A stretch of 64,000 bases of DNA from Magallana gigas (lineage: Eukaryota): the NCBI RefSeq assembly GCF_963853765.1, contig NC_088861.1, positions 11,284,001 through 11,348,000 on the forward strand, in the 5' to 3' direction. A model generated the notes under the pieces. That model was not told the origin of the DNA and ran no database searches. It worked only from the letters and a program-made list of their open reading frames with translations. The position numbers and the translations under genes were made by a program. This document shows, one piece after another, positions 35,601-49,467 of the stretch. Each line of letters begins with the position of its first letter. Position 1 is the stretch's first letter.

Positions 35601-38600
35601 CCACTGAAATAAATCTTATCAATGATAGCAATAAGTATATTCTTTGATTGAAAATATTTTTAAAACAATAGAATTTTACATATCAATAGCATGTTGAATA
35701 TCAGTGGTTCTATAAAGTTTTATTTTTCAGATTTTTGAGATATCGTAAGAAATTCACCACAATTCTCGAAAGAATCTTTTTTATTGATTAACGGTATTTG
35801 TCGTATCTTTGTAATATTCCCTCTTTCTTTTTACATTTTGGACTATCTTCCATTTGCAGTATAAAGTATAAAACTTTTATCTGTTGTGGAGTTCAAATAA
35901 ATATTTCATGAGAATTCACGTGGGATTTTTTTTGTATCTAGATTTTATTGTACTGAGTAAGAAAAATTAAATTTAAACAACTTTTCACTCTCTTAAAACT
36001 CTTTTAAAAAATGATTAAAATCAGAAGTGTGAAATATTATGACATTACAATAAATTACTTTCCACTTGAACTCATAAACTAGTTAATTAGTAATTAAAAG
36101 ATTAACTAATGATTTCTATGATGATAAATTATTGACATATCTTGGTCCTTCACTAGGTTTGTATTGAAATTTTTTATTGAATACTCATTTTCTTATTTGT
36201 ATTCTGTAAAAGTACTAGTCCTGTCGAATGTGATGCCTTGTAACGTTAACTTTAATGTTATAATCATAAACTTCTGGCTAGATTACAAGTACATTATGAA
36301 AACTTCAGAAAGTGCCTAAACTTGATTGGCAGATTAAGTTTTATTTACTTTTATTTTTTATGGTGTTATTAATATAACATTTTTGATGTTATTTTTGTTT
36401 TGGTCGGAAACATATGTACTGTTCACGTCTGTTTGTTTTTATCAAGTGATTGTGCGAACATTTGATGGATGTCAAAAACCTTAACAAATTACAGCCTGCT
36501 TTATGCTTATGATATACAACGAATCCAAACATAGCAATTACACATGTGTTAATCATATCAATACATTGCTACTCATCTTTGCATTGATACAATATTGTTG
36601 GTATTGTTTTTCTGACTTTCGTTTGTACGTGTAGTTGTGTTTTAAACATTAAAAAAATAATGATAGTTTGTGTACAAAGAGCTCGTAAAAAACTTTTACT
36701 AAGGTTATCTTGTAGAAGAGGTTTTTACATCATGCACTCATAATTGGGAAATGATTATGTACGAGAACCCTGGCAAATCATGCTGGTCAGAAGCCGTCTT
36801 ATTCTGCAGTATGGAAATGACTACCTTTCTATCAAAAAAGCTATACTTAGTGTTTGGGTATGAGATTGATATTTTGTTGTCGAGCGAAATACCCGAATTT
36901 TCTGTAGATATAAAGTTCATAGCTTTTTCTTTATTTCAATCCATTTTTCATTTTTGATCGATAAAACGAAAATCAAGGCTTACTTGAATTCTCCGCTGTT
37001 TGAATTTGATATCGCTTTCTCTTTTATAACATTCTAGATTTAGATATTGTGAATATGCATGCACTTGAAAAGGAAAACAACTTTACTAAATCATGCTTGT
37101 CAAAAAGGCAATTAAACACTAAGATTTTGGAAACATGTTTCTATAAAAGATATGGTATAATGTTTGTGAAATTAAGTAAAGAGTACATTTCGACAAAATG
37201 TGTATTTGGAGATAGGACAGTTCAGTTTATTAAACTTTGTTCCCGGCATCATCATCATTATTATCATTGAAAAAGTTACAAAATACCATATGCCTACTCA
37301 AATTGTAGTTTATTTGGATATTTCTTATATTTCCATTAAGTTCGGATTAAATATCGATCAAAATTTTAGATTTGGAGTTAATATGCAAAATATAGGTGTT
37401 TCTTCGTTGAGCAATACTCTTTGATGATTATTTTGAAGCAAATAAATAAATCTAACATGTGGCCCTCAATGATAATTTGAGAATCTATATGATTTTATTC
37501 CGACCCGTAATTTTTCACATAAAATCTGCTTCATTCGATTTAAGCCATGAGATATTACATAATTACTTGATAGATCCATGTCATGTGGGATTTATTGACT
37601 TTAATAATGTGACGTAGATTTTGTATAATTGATAAAGTCTTTGGGTGCAGAATAGTGTCATTTGGTTCTTGTACTATTATTTCAAGCATCGAACTCAGTA
37701 ATCGTTTTCGTTGAACATTTTGTTGCTTGAGTATAATCCCTATAAAGGTTACACACTTAGTTCAGTACAAAACTGTTGGTGAAGGTGAGACTCAGTTCAG
37801 AATTTGAATATGGCTTCTATATAGTGCAGTAACTCTTCCACAAAATAATAGCAGTTCATTGAGACTTAATGGTTTTAATGCCTTTTTGTGACCAAATCAA
37901 AGACGTTCCTATATATATACAAAATATATACTTTGGGGAAATTCGGCTGTTTGATACATGTCGTAAATTATTTTATACCTCAGTACAATTTGATATTATG
38001 TTTAGTAATCAGTAAAGAAAAGTGTTAAACTGCCAAATGGCAGAGAATAATTGGTGTTTTTGTACATGTATTTCAAAGGAAATCATTAAAACCATTGAAT
38101 AAATATAAACTTCTTCCATATGTGACGTGTAATATTCCTCTATACTTAAGATGAAAAAATTATATCGTCTGTTTTCAAAATGGTTTTCCTAAAAATATCG
38201 AATTGGGGATTTTTTTTTTTATATATTGGCTGATTTGTATCTATAATATAAAATAGATTATAACAATTTTATCAATCTCGAAACTGTTACTTTAAAACAT
38301 CTTCAGTTATATTAAACATTGGCTATGTTGATATCTGTCAATAGAGCGGGAAGTTGTGTGTAACGGGAAAATGCGCGATGGAAAATATGCGAAGTTTGCA
38401 GTTGCTGATGGTAGTAATAAGCTAATATATAACGTGTATAAAATAAAGTTAATCAAGAACAATCGATATACATTCTTATCATTCTACAATAATGAATAGA
38501 AAACTTTAAAATATTTACTTTAACACTCTATTAATTAGTATCTTAAATTTGGGTAAAATAAGTCTTTTCGCAATTAATATATGAGGATAAATAAAGTTTG

Positions 38601-38831
38601 AAATTTTTTAGCTTAAATCTTGATCATGCTCCTTTAAAAGATCGCACGCAAAAAAAAATGATTAATAGAATATCAGGTAAAAATAGTATTTTGGATTCAA
38701 TCTTGATGTCGCATTTGTAATATCTAAATACTTTGAAACATTATAAATAAAAAAAAATTCTTAGTCGAATTTCCGTCCATAATTAATACATCAAACATTG
38801 TTTTAAGTTTATAATAACAAGGTTAGTAAGT

Positions 38832-39592
38832 CTAGTAGATACAGTCATCAGCTTTGCAAATCGTACACTTGGGTTCGTTACATGTATAGACCTTCCATCC
38901 AGTGAACACCCAAAGCATGCAGTCGAAACCTGTGACATCAAGAGTCGGCTCATGCGTGGACCACTTTGAGTAGCCTTGTTCTGGTAGGACAGGAACATCT
39001 GATTTGCTGGTAACCCACGTGACCTTTGAGCTGTTTTTCAATCCGCCTAACCAATAAATAGAGCCGGTGCAGGATCCTGTATCTTTTAAGACAAAAAAGA
39101 AATTATTTGTCATAATAATGTTTATTTTACAGTGGTTATCATTATACTATATTTTCTTTTAATAGCCTCACGTTTAGTTTCAACTATCTTGGGTTTAAGA
39201 AGGCTCGATGGTCATGGCTATTTCCAGAGCATTTTAATCTCCCTAAGAAGAAGAGTTCTGTACAAAGATAATAATAGGAAAATGATAAAATTGTAAAGCT
39301 AAACTATTGGATTTTTTTTTATTAAATGTTATTTTATGGCCAAAATTATCATGTCAAAGTTGAAGACAGATCTGGTGGTTAATTTGTTGACCATACACTC
39401 TTCTTAATGGAGTTAATTTTACTTCCAAATGAAGGAGATATTGGTATAAATGTTTACTATATCGGAAATATAAAAATGATGATTATAAAACAAATAACTT
39501 TTCCCAGAAGGAAAACTGTTTATTTGCCTGTTAACTTTAGCTTGTTATCAGTTGGGTTTTATTTAAAAATCATTGTTCGAATGGTCAATATC

Positions 39593-39649
<57 letters not shown>

Positions 39650-41845
39650 CGAATATATTTGTCTCCACGAAGTTCGCTTCCTCTTCGCTGTGAATCTCAA
39701 GTAAGTACCCACTGTTTCGAATGCATTCTGCCTATGATATAAAAAATATATTATTTTAGAAGTATACAGCTCATGGATAATTCTTTGGGGTTTTACTTTT
39801 TACTTTTAAAGGAATAATTAAGGGTATTATGAGTTTCAACTCACAGAGTGTAGCGGATATCTTATATCTTAAATGCCTTGAACGTATATTGATATATTAA
39901 CAGTATAATTGTTGTATGTATAAAATTTCAGCTTGCTGCAATCTAACTTTTCTGGTGGAGAGACAAGGTTCAAAGGTGCAACTATAATAGACAACTGATA
40001 ATTTGTCACAAGCATAGCTTTACCTTGGCTTCTATCCATCCCATTGTTCCCGATAGAAGTTTGTAATGACATGCCATTGGACTGAAAGCTAATTAAAAAA
40101 AATTAAACAGCAACATATGGATAAACAACGTATACTTTATACAAGAGTTAAATTGCATATGACACTTTCTTAATTGCATGATGCAAATCCCTTTCTAGTA
40201 TTTTAAATTCTAGTACCCAGTGATTTATCACCGTTAACTCTTCCCTCATTGCTCATTGTAGCCCCCCCCCATCCCAGTGGTATCGGATTTACTCCCCCCC
40301 CCCCCCCTTGTTGAATGTTAAATACCAGGAAGTGTAACATAATCGAACTATGTCATCTTGTAATGGTATATATAACACTATATCTTTCTAACATTGTTCA
40401 AATAACAATAGCTCTATTGTAAAATACCCCCTATATAGCCACTTTTACAACTGATATGGATGAAATTAGAGTACCAAATCTGATTCGTGTGTGGAAAGAC
40501 TATACCTGTCATATACAATGCTGTGATGGTCACCGCATGCAGACAATCTATGAATGCCAAGTAACACTTTTAATTTTCTTCCGCCAAATTTAGACATTAA
40601 TTGTGTGGGGGGAAAACTGCTGCATGGTATTGTGGATCATGCGATTGGTCGTCTTATATTAATGGAAATGTTACGGTATTACGTACAGTATACTAATTAG
40701 TACTATTTTAAAGTATTATTTTTTGTATATGATGAGTTAAAAATATGTCACAAATTTATAGAAGACAAATATTCCGCGATGTACTATTACTATATACATT
40801 CATGTATGAGCACTGTAAGGTACATTTTCTCCTAAAGAGAAATTCCAAAATTTATTTTCTTGCCAGTTTACCCAGACTGGGGTAAAATTTAGTTTAAAAG
40901 ATTTTTAAAAAAGGTAGTATGATATGTATTCATTGAGCAAAAGCAATTAAAAACATTTTGAGTGACTGATTCACGGATTCTGTTGGTCAATACTAAGTCT
41001 TAATGTACACTGTATGCATACATGTATGATTTGTCGACTACTTAGTGAAGTTTGTCGCTAAATATGATACATTATTTATATATTTAATTATCGGTGGTTT
41101 TTTTACGGAAATTCAGAACATAAGTAATAAGATATAGAGACACTTAACAAGGCTTAACTGTATTGGAAAATGCATTATGTTTTCTCCTCCTTCTTCCTGG
41201 TCAATGGCATAATTAATAAATCCGAAGTGATTCTAACAGTGTTACAGGAAGGTTTAATATAAGCTGAATTAATCTGTAGTAAGTTTTAAGATTGAATCTA
41301 TATGAGCCAGTTTTGACTACCCTGTCAAGTTATTATGCTTTAATTGATGCACTTTTCGTTTGTGTTTTAATTTTAAATTGCAAACAATGTTGTGGGTCCA
41401 TTATTCTTTCTTCTTAAACATAAATGGAGTAAATGCACGATTCCATTCTTAAGATTATCTAAAAAATCGGTTATCGTGATATTCAACGTCATATGTTAAG
41501 CACATTCATATTATTTATCAGTTTTAATTAAGATATAATCATACCCTCTGGAACGGAGTCAGTGCAGTAATGTCTCCACCCGTTTTCCTGGATGAGGCTT
41601 CCATCACTCACCTGTAGACAGGTAAGATACATATAACATGCTTGGGATACAGTGTTGTACGATATCCCGGGAAGATTCTGTTGGCTCGCGAGTGCTGAAC
41701 ACTGCAATAAGGACACCGCTACTTGGGTGTTGGAATCGGGTGGTGTTTTGATTTTGCCGTCCAGTCTTTCGCTCAAAAAATACAAATTTCCTGCTGCCAC
41801 GGCCGAATATTGTAGAATAATTACAATTAAAATACTAGTAGACAT
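38832..41845 (-). CDS. Secreted 232-aa protein: signal peptide + PAN/apple-like domain + C-type lectin domain. Exons 41845-41545, 40088-40024, 39731-39650, 39082-38832.
   Basis: Signal peptide MSTSILIVIILQYSAVAAG; PAN-like SLLQCSALAS...GISYN..SQACY; CTLD CHYKLLSGTMGWIEAKAECIRNSGYLLEIHSEEEANFV...YWLGG...W...YSKWSTHEP...DC...W....C..PKCTICK. Splice phases 1,0,1 give 699 nt in frame. An upstream ATG at 41890 is also possible. Confidence 0.85.
39595..39645. repeat. (CT)n microsatellite abutting a lectin-gene splice donor
   Basis: About 25 CT units directly next to the minus-strand donor at 39649-39648. Confidence 0.97.
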
Positions 41846-42963
41846 CGCCAGGAGTTCTGGTAACTCTCCCTTCATTTTCGTATTATTCATTCAAGCACTT
41901 GTTAATTTGGTAAATCACTGGGCTTGATCGATGCACACTCGATCGGAAAGATTAAATTGTGTGCTCATTTCCCACTTAACTGCAAACTCGAAAGCTGCTT
42001 TAAAAAATATTTCTCCGTCTTGAAATAAGGTAGATGTAGATGCTAACGCTATACTAGTACATGCAATGCATTTTACCTGTTTGCTCCATGGTTTTTTAAA
42101 AGGGGAACTGAGTATAAACTTTTCTCGAGCTCCTAAACTATGAAAATCAATGAAGCAAACCCTCAGATCAGATATACATGTTTATCAGTGCACGTTAGTG
42201 TGAAATCGTGGAGTGCACAGATTAAAAAAAAAACTATTATAAAAAAAAATTCTAAAGTACATGTTTAATGAGATATATGACAATTTTATGGGTATGTGAT
42301 TTTTTCTTAATTACTCAACTTAGTCTTTATGAGTTGTTTGAATTGAGCCTTGACTTGATCAAAGAATTTTAAAAGAATTCTATCTAATATTATATCTATG
42401 TACATGCAATGAATCCCAAATTAACTTTGTCACATGCACTTCAAGAACTTGACTGGCCCTTGGGCCACGTCATATATCAGGCACGTGGCATCGGGGGGGA
42501 GGGGGGCCACTTTTTTCACAGCCAATTTTTTTTTATAATTTGCAGATAAAAAATAATTTAAGATAGAGTCCCCCTACTTTTCGGGAGCATGTAAAATATT
42601 TAATCGAAAGGATGGAAATTAAAAGGGAAATTGATGTTGGTACGCTCTGCTCTGCCCCCCCCCCCACCCCCGGGTCAAGATTTTTTTTTTGGATGAATCC
42701 CCCCCCCCCCCTTCTATAACGTTATAGAATTCAACTATTTCTGGGGAAACTTTGCAACTTAGATAAAATGAGATATAAAAAAGTTTATGGATGACAAATG
42801 TCTGGGTATTTTATTTTGTGTTATTTTTTCTTTTAACGATAATTCGATCTTGTGTACAACAAAATGATCCAAATATTTTCTCGGAATTTTTTCAACTGAA
42901 CATCGGTAGGTTCTGTATTTATCTTTTCAAGCGTCTGGTTAACCCCGAACAAGTAAAAATTTT

Positions 42964-43013
42964 GCCGCCAAATTAGCTACATTGTATAGTAAACACAACA
43001 GTTCCAGGTATGT
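42964..43013 (+). promoter_or_regulatory. Candidate CHAF1B promoter / non-coding first exon
   Basis: E2F-like GCCGCCAAA (42964-42972) is followed by a strong donor CAG|GTATGT at 43008. The first coding exon (47101) begins with an acceptor, so an upstream UTR exon is required. The location is inferred only. Confidence 0.3.
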
Positions 43014-44286
43014 AGATAATCTAATTCACAAAAAAATCGACACTATGCCTCTGTTACCTCAAAATTGTTTTCAGTTTAAATCTTACGAAGGAAAAGTTAT
43101 TGTTGGCTATTGGTTAATATTGCTATAGGTGTCGCACTGCTTACAAATTAATCAGCTGATTGCTCTATTCCGAAGACAATGTAAAAAATTAGATATTTTT
43201 GTTAATCAACAAATGCTCACACTTTTTGAGATCATTGCTCATCACGGCACATATAACTTACTTTATACTCTTTTATCAATGTTAAACATGGGTGGGTGTT
43301 TGATTAGTGTACTGATAAGTGATATTTCTCTTAATCATTTGCCCTGAAGATGAAACAACAAAGATCTATTCCTCAATGATGCGGTTAAAGCTGCTTGGTC
43401 CGATTTTTTTGTAATTACAGTATCAAAATTTTTTCCATACAAATCATTCATCTTAGAAAGTTATGGACTTTCTCCTATTTACACCAGCAGAATCAGTCTC
43501 CTTTCAAAGTTAGAAATATTCAAAGTAAATAAAAATAATTTCTCTTTGGGCAAACGAAAAAACAAACCAAAATGCATCACGGGAATGTTTAGAAAAGGAA
43601 ACCGCTTGGTTTCGTCCCCCGAATGATTGGGGTTATTCAACCCGCATGCTATGCATCGATTGTAAAGAAAGCAGACTTTGGAAATATTAGCGAACAAAAC
43701 ATACACATGTTTATTTGTAATTGTCTGATCATTTCGACCTTTATTTAAAGTGATGTCAAAGTCGTAATACAACCATACCCGTCTCGTCGTCAGGGGTGAA
43801 ATTTAACATGAGGCGAAATAACGCGGTACCTTTTAATGTCGTTTGTTTTGTTAGCAAATTTTGTACGTATTTTTCTTCATTGAAATTTGACATAATTGAC
43901 GGGTAAAACTACTGCAATGTCTATTATTATACATATACTAAGCATAGCCATCGTTTAAAAGCGTGCATAAAATTTGATATAAAATCGGACCAAGCAGCTT
44001 TAACTGAAACCTCTGATTTTTTCAGGTCCACCATATTTTTTTCCGCATAAGAAATGATTCGTGCATTTAAATATTGATGTGATAATTTGATAATACCCTA
44101 TCACAGGCTTAATTATGTTCCATAAATTTAATGATTTTCTAATTGTACAATCAATCAGTCTTTCCCAAAGACTTATCTTGTAGGCGCAAAGCACTGGCAA
44201 ACACTACAAATCTAATAATACTGTCTGGGAGAAAGAAAATTTAAGCCACTGCTTGTTTTTACCTACTTAATCAGGGACATAAATAG

Positions 44287-44637
44287 TGTGACGGTCAGAC
44301 CGGTTCGAATACCGGCGCCAGATAGCTCAGTTGGTAGAGCACCTGACTAGAGATTCAGGGGGCCCGGGTTCGAAACCCGGTCTGGTCTGTCATTATTTCT
44401 CCCATCCCGTTACATTTGGTGCCGTGACCAACCCATGGAACTGACAGGTTAATTCCTGCTAGGGGAAGAGCTTGGGGTGATCTTTGAGGGCGAAGATCAT
44501 TTAAAGGGGGAGGAATGACGATCAGACCGGTTCGAATACCGGCGCCAGATAGCTCGGTAGAGCACCTGTCTAGAGATTCAGGGGGCCCAGGTTCGAAACC
44601 TGGTCTGGTCCGTCATTATTTCTCCCATCCCGTTACA
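44287..44637 (+). mobile_element. Complete TRIM (miniature non-autonomous LTR retrotransposon) with tRNA-derived LTRs
   Basis: LTR1 44287-44414 (TG...CA); PBS TGGTGCCGTGAC 44417-44428 (complementary to the tRNA-His 3' end); PPT AAAGGGGGAGGA 44503-44514; LTR2 44516-44637; 4-bp TSD ATAG at 44283-44286 and 44638-44641. Each LTR holds GCCAGATAGCTCAG..GGTAGAGC...GGTTCGAAACC.GGTCTGG. Confidence 0.92.
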
Positions 44638-45638
44638 ATAGTATTTAAATGGGATAGGCAACTCTCGCAAGCCTCACCAAAAATCATGTGGTACCTGATT
44701 TCGTAGGTCAATTTTAACTTCATATAACTATGATGTTACCAGATATAAAGATGATAAACCCTTAAAAATTATGCTAGAATTTTATTTTTACTTTAAACCC
44801 CTGATCTGATCATAGCTACGATGGAGTTCTTAAAACCACAGGACCCATTTTTGCCCCATATCTGAGATAAGTTAAAATCTATATTTATTTTCTTTATATC
44901 TAAATTAGATTTCAACAAATGATGATTGAAAGTTTATGAAAAACCTACCCGTTTTGACAAGAGAAATAACAAATCTAATAAAAAACAACATATATTACTG
45001 GGATTTAGTTTTAAAAACTTGTCAAGGCTCGAGTGAAACCGTTAACTTAGTTTTCGAAATAAACATGGCAAATGTAGAAGTTGCGGCTGTTGCCTATTGC
45101 ATTAGTATGTACATGTATAAGTCCCTGACCGAATTTTCTGTTGTCAGAATCATACCCACAATTCCATATTAATTGCATATGGCTTCCAATATCTTGAATA
45201 TGGCTAAAAGTACAAAATAATATGCAAGTCTGAAAAATAGACACTTACTTCATGCTAAAGCTCTGCTTGCATGCCCAAAGGTTTTAGCATACTTTTATTA
45301 GTGATAATTTACATGACTTCTGAAGGTATAAACAAATTAAACAATGAAAAACAATTGTCATTTTTTTTTTTTTTAAAGAAAGTGAGTTTTTTATGAAAAA
45401 AAATAACTTTGGCTATGATTTTTGTCTTTTTATTTTAATATATTGATTTAAATGTTTACTTGCCTTATTGAACAAGTGCTCTAATAGTTTCACTTGCTAA
45501 GAGGTAGATGGTTTTCAAACAGAAACATGCAGTTGATTAGAGATCCACAAAAAGTTAAAAAGCTAGAAAAAAGAAATAGTTAGGGTCAGCAAGGTATAGA
45601 GATTATGAAATAAGACCTATCCACAATAAACCTGTGAT

Positions 45639-46093
45639 TAGGGCTGGGACGATTCTGTACTTTGCCGATTCGGTACATATCACGATACATGAGATGCGAT
45701 ACGATACATATCACAATACATTGCAACTCAATGAAAACATGAATAAGGGTTAAAAATTTATTCAATCTGTCGATGTATTACCGCATGTCCAAAGTTATTT
45801 GGATACATTTAAAATGAGCGTTGCACAATTTACAAATTACTTAAGTCTCATATATACACTACTTTCTCATAAACATTGTCCACACTCCAGATTTAGCTTC
45901 CGAACAGTTTTGACAACTTTACGAGGTTTTCCGCCATCTTTGTACTTTCATATTAGGCGCGCAGACTAAAAATAGCCGATATATGAAGCTCGGATAATTT
46001 TTGAAAATTAAAAAAAGTTCGCTTAGGTATCGTTGTATTAATGGTATCGTCAAAATAAATACTGTGGTGCATCGGTGGATCGTCCCATCCCTA
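45639..46093. mobile_element. hAT-superfamily MITE
   Basis: TIRs TAGGGCTGGGACGAT and ATCGTCCCATCCCTA. Perfect 8-bp TSD CCTGTGAT at 45631-45638 and 46094-46101. Confidence 0.92.
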
Positions 46094-47105
46094 CCTGTGA
46101 TGTGTCATTTTATGATATTTCTCTTTTGATCCCAATAAAATTTTCTGGCCAATTTATGCCAGGCTTTTAATGAAGGCTTTTTAGTGATTTACCTGTATGC
46201 ACAATAATTAATGCATCAGAAATTTTTTTCTACCTCAAAGCCTGTATTCTTGTTTAAAAGGGAATCCTTGAACTCACATGTATCAAAATTTATAGATTTA
46301 TCTATATAAATTCGTTAGATCCAAGTCCATGGCTTCCGATTTTATTTTTCCCCTAGAAACTTTTATCATATGAAGGGTCCCATTTTTCAGTGATTGGACT
46401 TGCTTTTCTTAATGTTATTTTTGCTTTGGTTGTAATTTCCCACCAGCTCTCTTTTTAATTGGTCCACTTTTGAAAAAAAAAATTCAACTGGTCCATTGAA
46501 TAGAATCATAAAATCCCCTGATGAAAAAGTCTGATTGAGTATTGTTCAAAGTTTCTGTTTTTTTAAATAATAAAAAAAATATTTTTTTATAAAAGAAAAG
46601 CAAAGATAAATCATTTCTCTTGATAGAATTCATAGAAAGGTGATTAAATGCCAGATTATCTATTGATAAACTTGAACAATATAGCAAATCATCAGTAATT
46701 CTCTTGCATATTATTCTCTTCATGAGTAAGCAATTCCTGTGGGTTGATAGCTTAATATCTTGCTTTGACAGTGTGATGGAAACTTCCCATGCTTGAGTTA
46801 ACAGGCAATTCTTAGTTTAGTCCAAAAATATTGTTTTTTGTGTGAAAAAAAGTTTTCTTTGTTTGAAGGAGATCAATGCTGACAGAAAACATTTCAGTAT
46901 ATAGAAATTAAAATACATGTTTTGAAAGGGAAACAATAGACTAAAATCAATATTAGTTTTTTGTGAATTTTGTCAAATGGTGAAAAATTGTGACTGACTG
47001 AATGCTAGAAAACAAATCATTGAAAATTTTGAAGAAAAAAAAATTAGTTAACTCCCACATTCATGAAAACAAGCTCAACAACTTTTTCTCTTGTTGACAG
47101 GAAAA

Positions 47106-49310
47106 ATGAAGGTAACGACTCCAGAGATATCCTGGCACGAGCGAGACCCAGTGTACAGTGCAGATTTCCAACCTGGAACACACAGCATACAGAGAATTGT
47201 CACCGCTGGAGTCGACAAATACGCTAGAGTATGAAATATTCAGCATGAAGTCCTCTCCCTTGTTTCAGCTCCAATATACATATACACAAGTTAAAATAAG
47301 GGAAATCCTCAATGTGGGTCAGACACCCCTGCCCCCCTTGTCTTGGTTTTTTAGCTCACCTGAACCGAAGGTTCAAGTGAGCTTTTCTGATCACCCGTTG
47401 TCCGTCGTCCGTCCGTCCGTCTGTCTGTCTGTCCGTCCGTCTGTAAACTTTTCACATTTTCAACTTCTTCTCCAAAACCACTCATCCAATTTTAACGAAA
47501 TTTGGCAGAAAGCATTATTATATTAAGGAGATTATAAATTGTAAAAATCAAATGGCAGTCCCTTTTTAAACGAGAAATAATCGTGAAACTTTGAAAAAAG
47601 GGGGGGTATCTTTTAAAATCTTCTTCTCAAGAACTGCTGCACCAATATTACCAATATTTATATGACAACTGCTATATATAAGGCAGATTCTAAATTGTAA
47701 AAATGGTGACCCTCAGTCTAATACTGGGAGCCTTAGAAGGGTTCAAACTATGTGTAGTAAGCGTGTTCTGATCGTGTGTTCATTTATATAAGATCGGGCT
47801 CGTTATTCGGAATTACGAAACGGAAGCTCTTTGTGTTTGTACTAACTAACCGCCATTTTGCAGAAGAAGATTTCAGACGTTAATTTTGATAAAAGAAAAG
47901 TTTGTGTTTCGCCGGTTTAACTTTAAAGGTAACGTTTTTAACAAAGAATGATATAAAGAATGTTTTATGAAATAGTGGTAAATCGTAGTTCCGAATTCAG
48001 CTCTACAGTAGACTATCAGCATAATCACCATGCCATTTGTTTTTACACCGCGTTTTCAAGATTTTTTTTTTATTATACTTAAAGCTATTTAATTTGTCAT
48101 CGATTATTGGAATAATTGTTGCGTAATTTAATTGTAAAGTTTACCGATCGAATCAAACAAGTGCAACCACGACCTTGGTAAATATGAATGGTATTGATAT
48201 CGGAGAACAATGTTACTACGATTTGTTTTTGCAATGAAAGATTAGAATCGGGGTTAGATGTTCTACAGACGTTTATATCATGTTGATGCTACATTTTGAC
48301 AAGCATAAAATGAAATAAAAGAAATTGCTTTTGTTTTTCAATGTTTTGTTTATAATAATTAGTTTGCATGACTGTATTGCATTTGGAGTGAACATAATTT
48401 TCATTTTAAGCTGTGATAGCAGTCTAACAATTTTTACGATGAATTGGCAGGCCAATCAACATCAAAATTGTTAGACTGATTTTTATGGACCCTTATTTTT
48501 AAAATATGAACTATAAAGAACAATATTTATTCAATTTTATTGTTATATTACTGGCTGCGACCAGTTCTCACCGAGTACCATTTCTCATTTTATCAACACA
48601 TAAAATTATATACGGAAACTGACGTCACAATGTACTGGCGAGAAATAGTACTCGGCGAGAACTGGTCGCACTCCTGTAAGGTTCTCGGACACTGCTTAGG
48701 AAAAAAAAAAATATGTGTGTTTTCTATTTCATCAGATTTTAAAATAGGGTAGGTAGGTTGGTTTTTTTTTTTTAATGAGCTTTTCAGTTTTCCCCTTTCC
48801 TAGCATATGATTTTCTATACATTAATAAAATGTATTTTACAGGTGGAGCAATTGTGAATAGTGACAACTGTTACAGAATTAAAGCTTTCTTAAATATAAG
48901 ATTAATTTGGAATGTATAAGAAGATTTTATTTTCATGTAAATAGAAAATATAAATATGACAGCCACTATAGATTAACTGAGTATAAAGCTCATTACCACA
49001 AATATATTATATAGTATTATTAGTTCTTTTTTCCTGGTCAACTGAGATAACAGTAGACTAGGTGTTGAATTCATAAACAGAGGAAATTCTGGTTGATCAG
49101 ACGAGAGCCTTAGAATTAAATATTTTCAATAATTTTTTGAAAAAAATGAATACATCATTAATGGTTTAAGACTAATTTTTAAAATTTCATTTGCAACTGA
49201 AATGCAGCATTTTAAAATCATATTTATAATGTGAATGATTGTTAGGCATATTCAAAGACTTGTATCTGCAGTCTCCACAACCAGAAATATAAAAAAAAAC
49301 TTTGCCTCTG

Positions 49311-49347
<37 letters not shown>

Positions 49348-49435
49348 ATTCTGATCACATTTTGTCTGTCGTCCGTCTGTCCGTCTGTCCGTCTGTCCGT
49401 AAACTTTTCACATTTTCAACATCTTCTCAAGAACT

Positions 49436-49467
<32 letters not shown>

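Noticed and set aside
36738-36957. Overlapping 60-68 aa ORFs with a plausible minus-strand acceptor near 36900
   Set aside because: No recognisable domain and no partner exons found.
37770-37870. Minus-strand NCYYFVEELLHYIEA, reminiscent of a C-type lectin first strand
   Set aside because: Too short, followed by a stop, and no further lectin exons found; could be chance.
44317-44390. Apparent tRNA gene (and its copy at ~44544-44610)
   Set aside because: It lies inside the LTRs of a TRIM, has an irregular 8-nt anticodon loop, and the second copy has a D-arm deletion. Not called as a functional tRNA.
46728-46812. Possible snoRNA or pre-miRNA hairpin (AATTCCTGT...ACAGGCAATT)
   Set aside because: Only a short terminal stem; no convincing C/D or H/ACA boxes or extended pairing.
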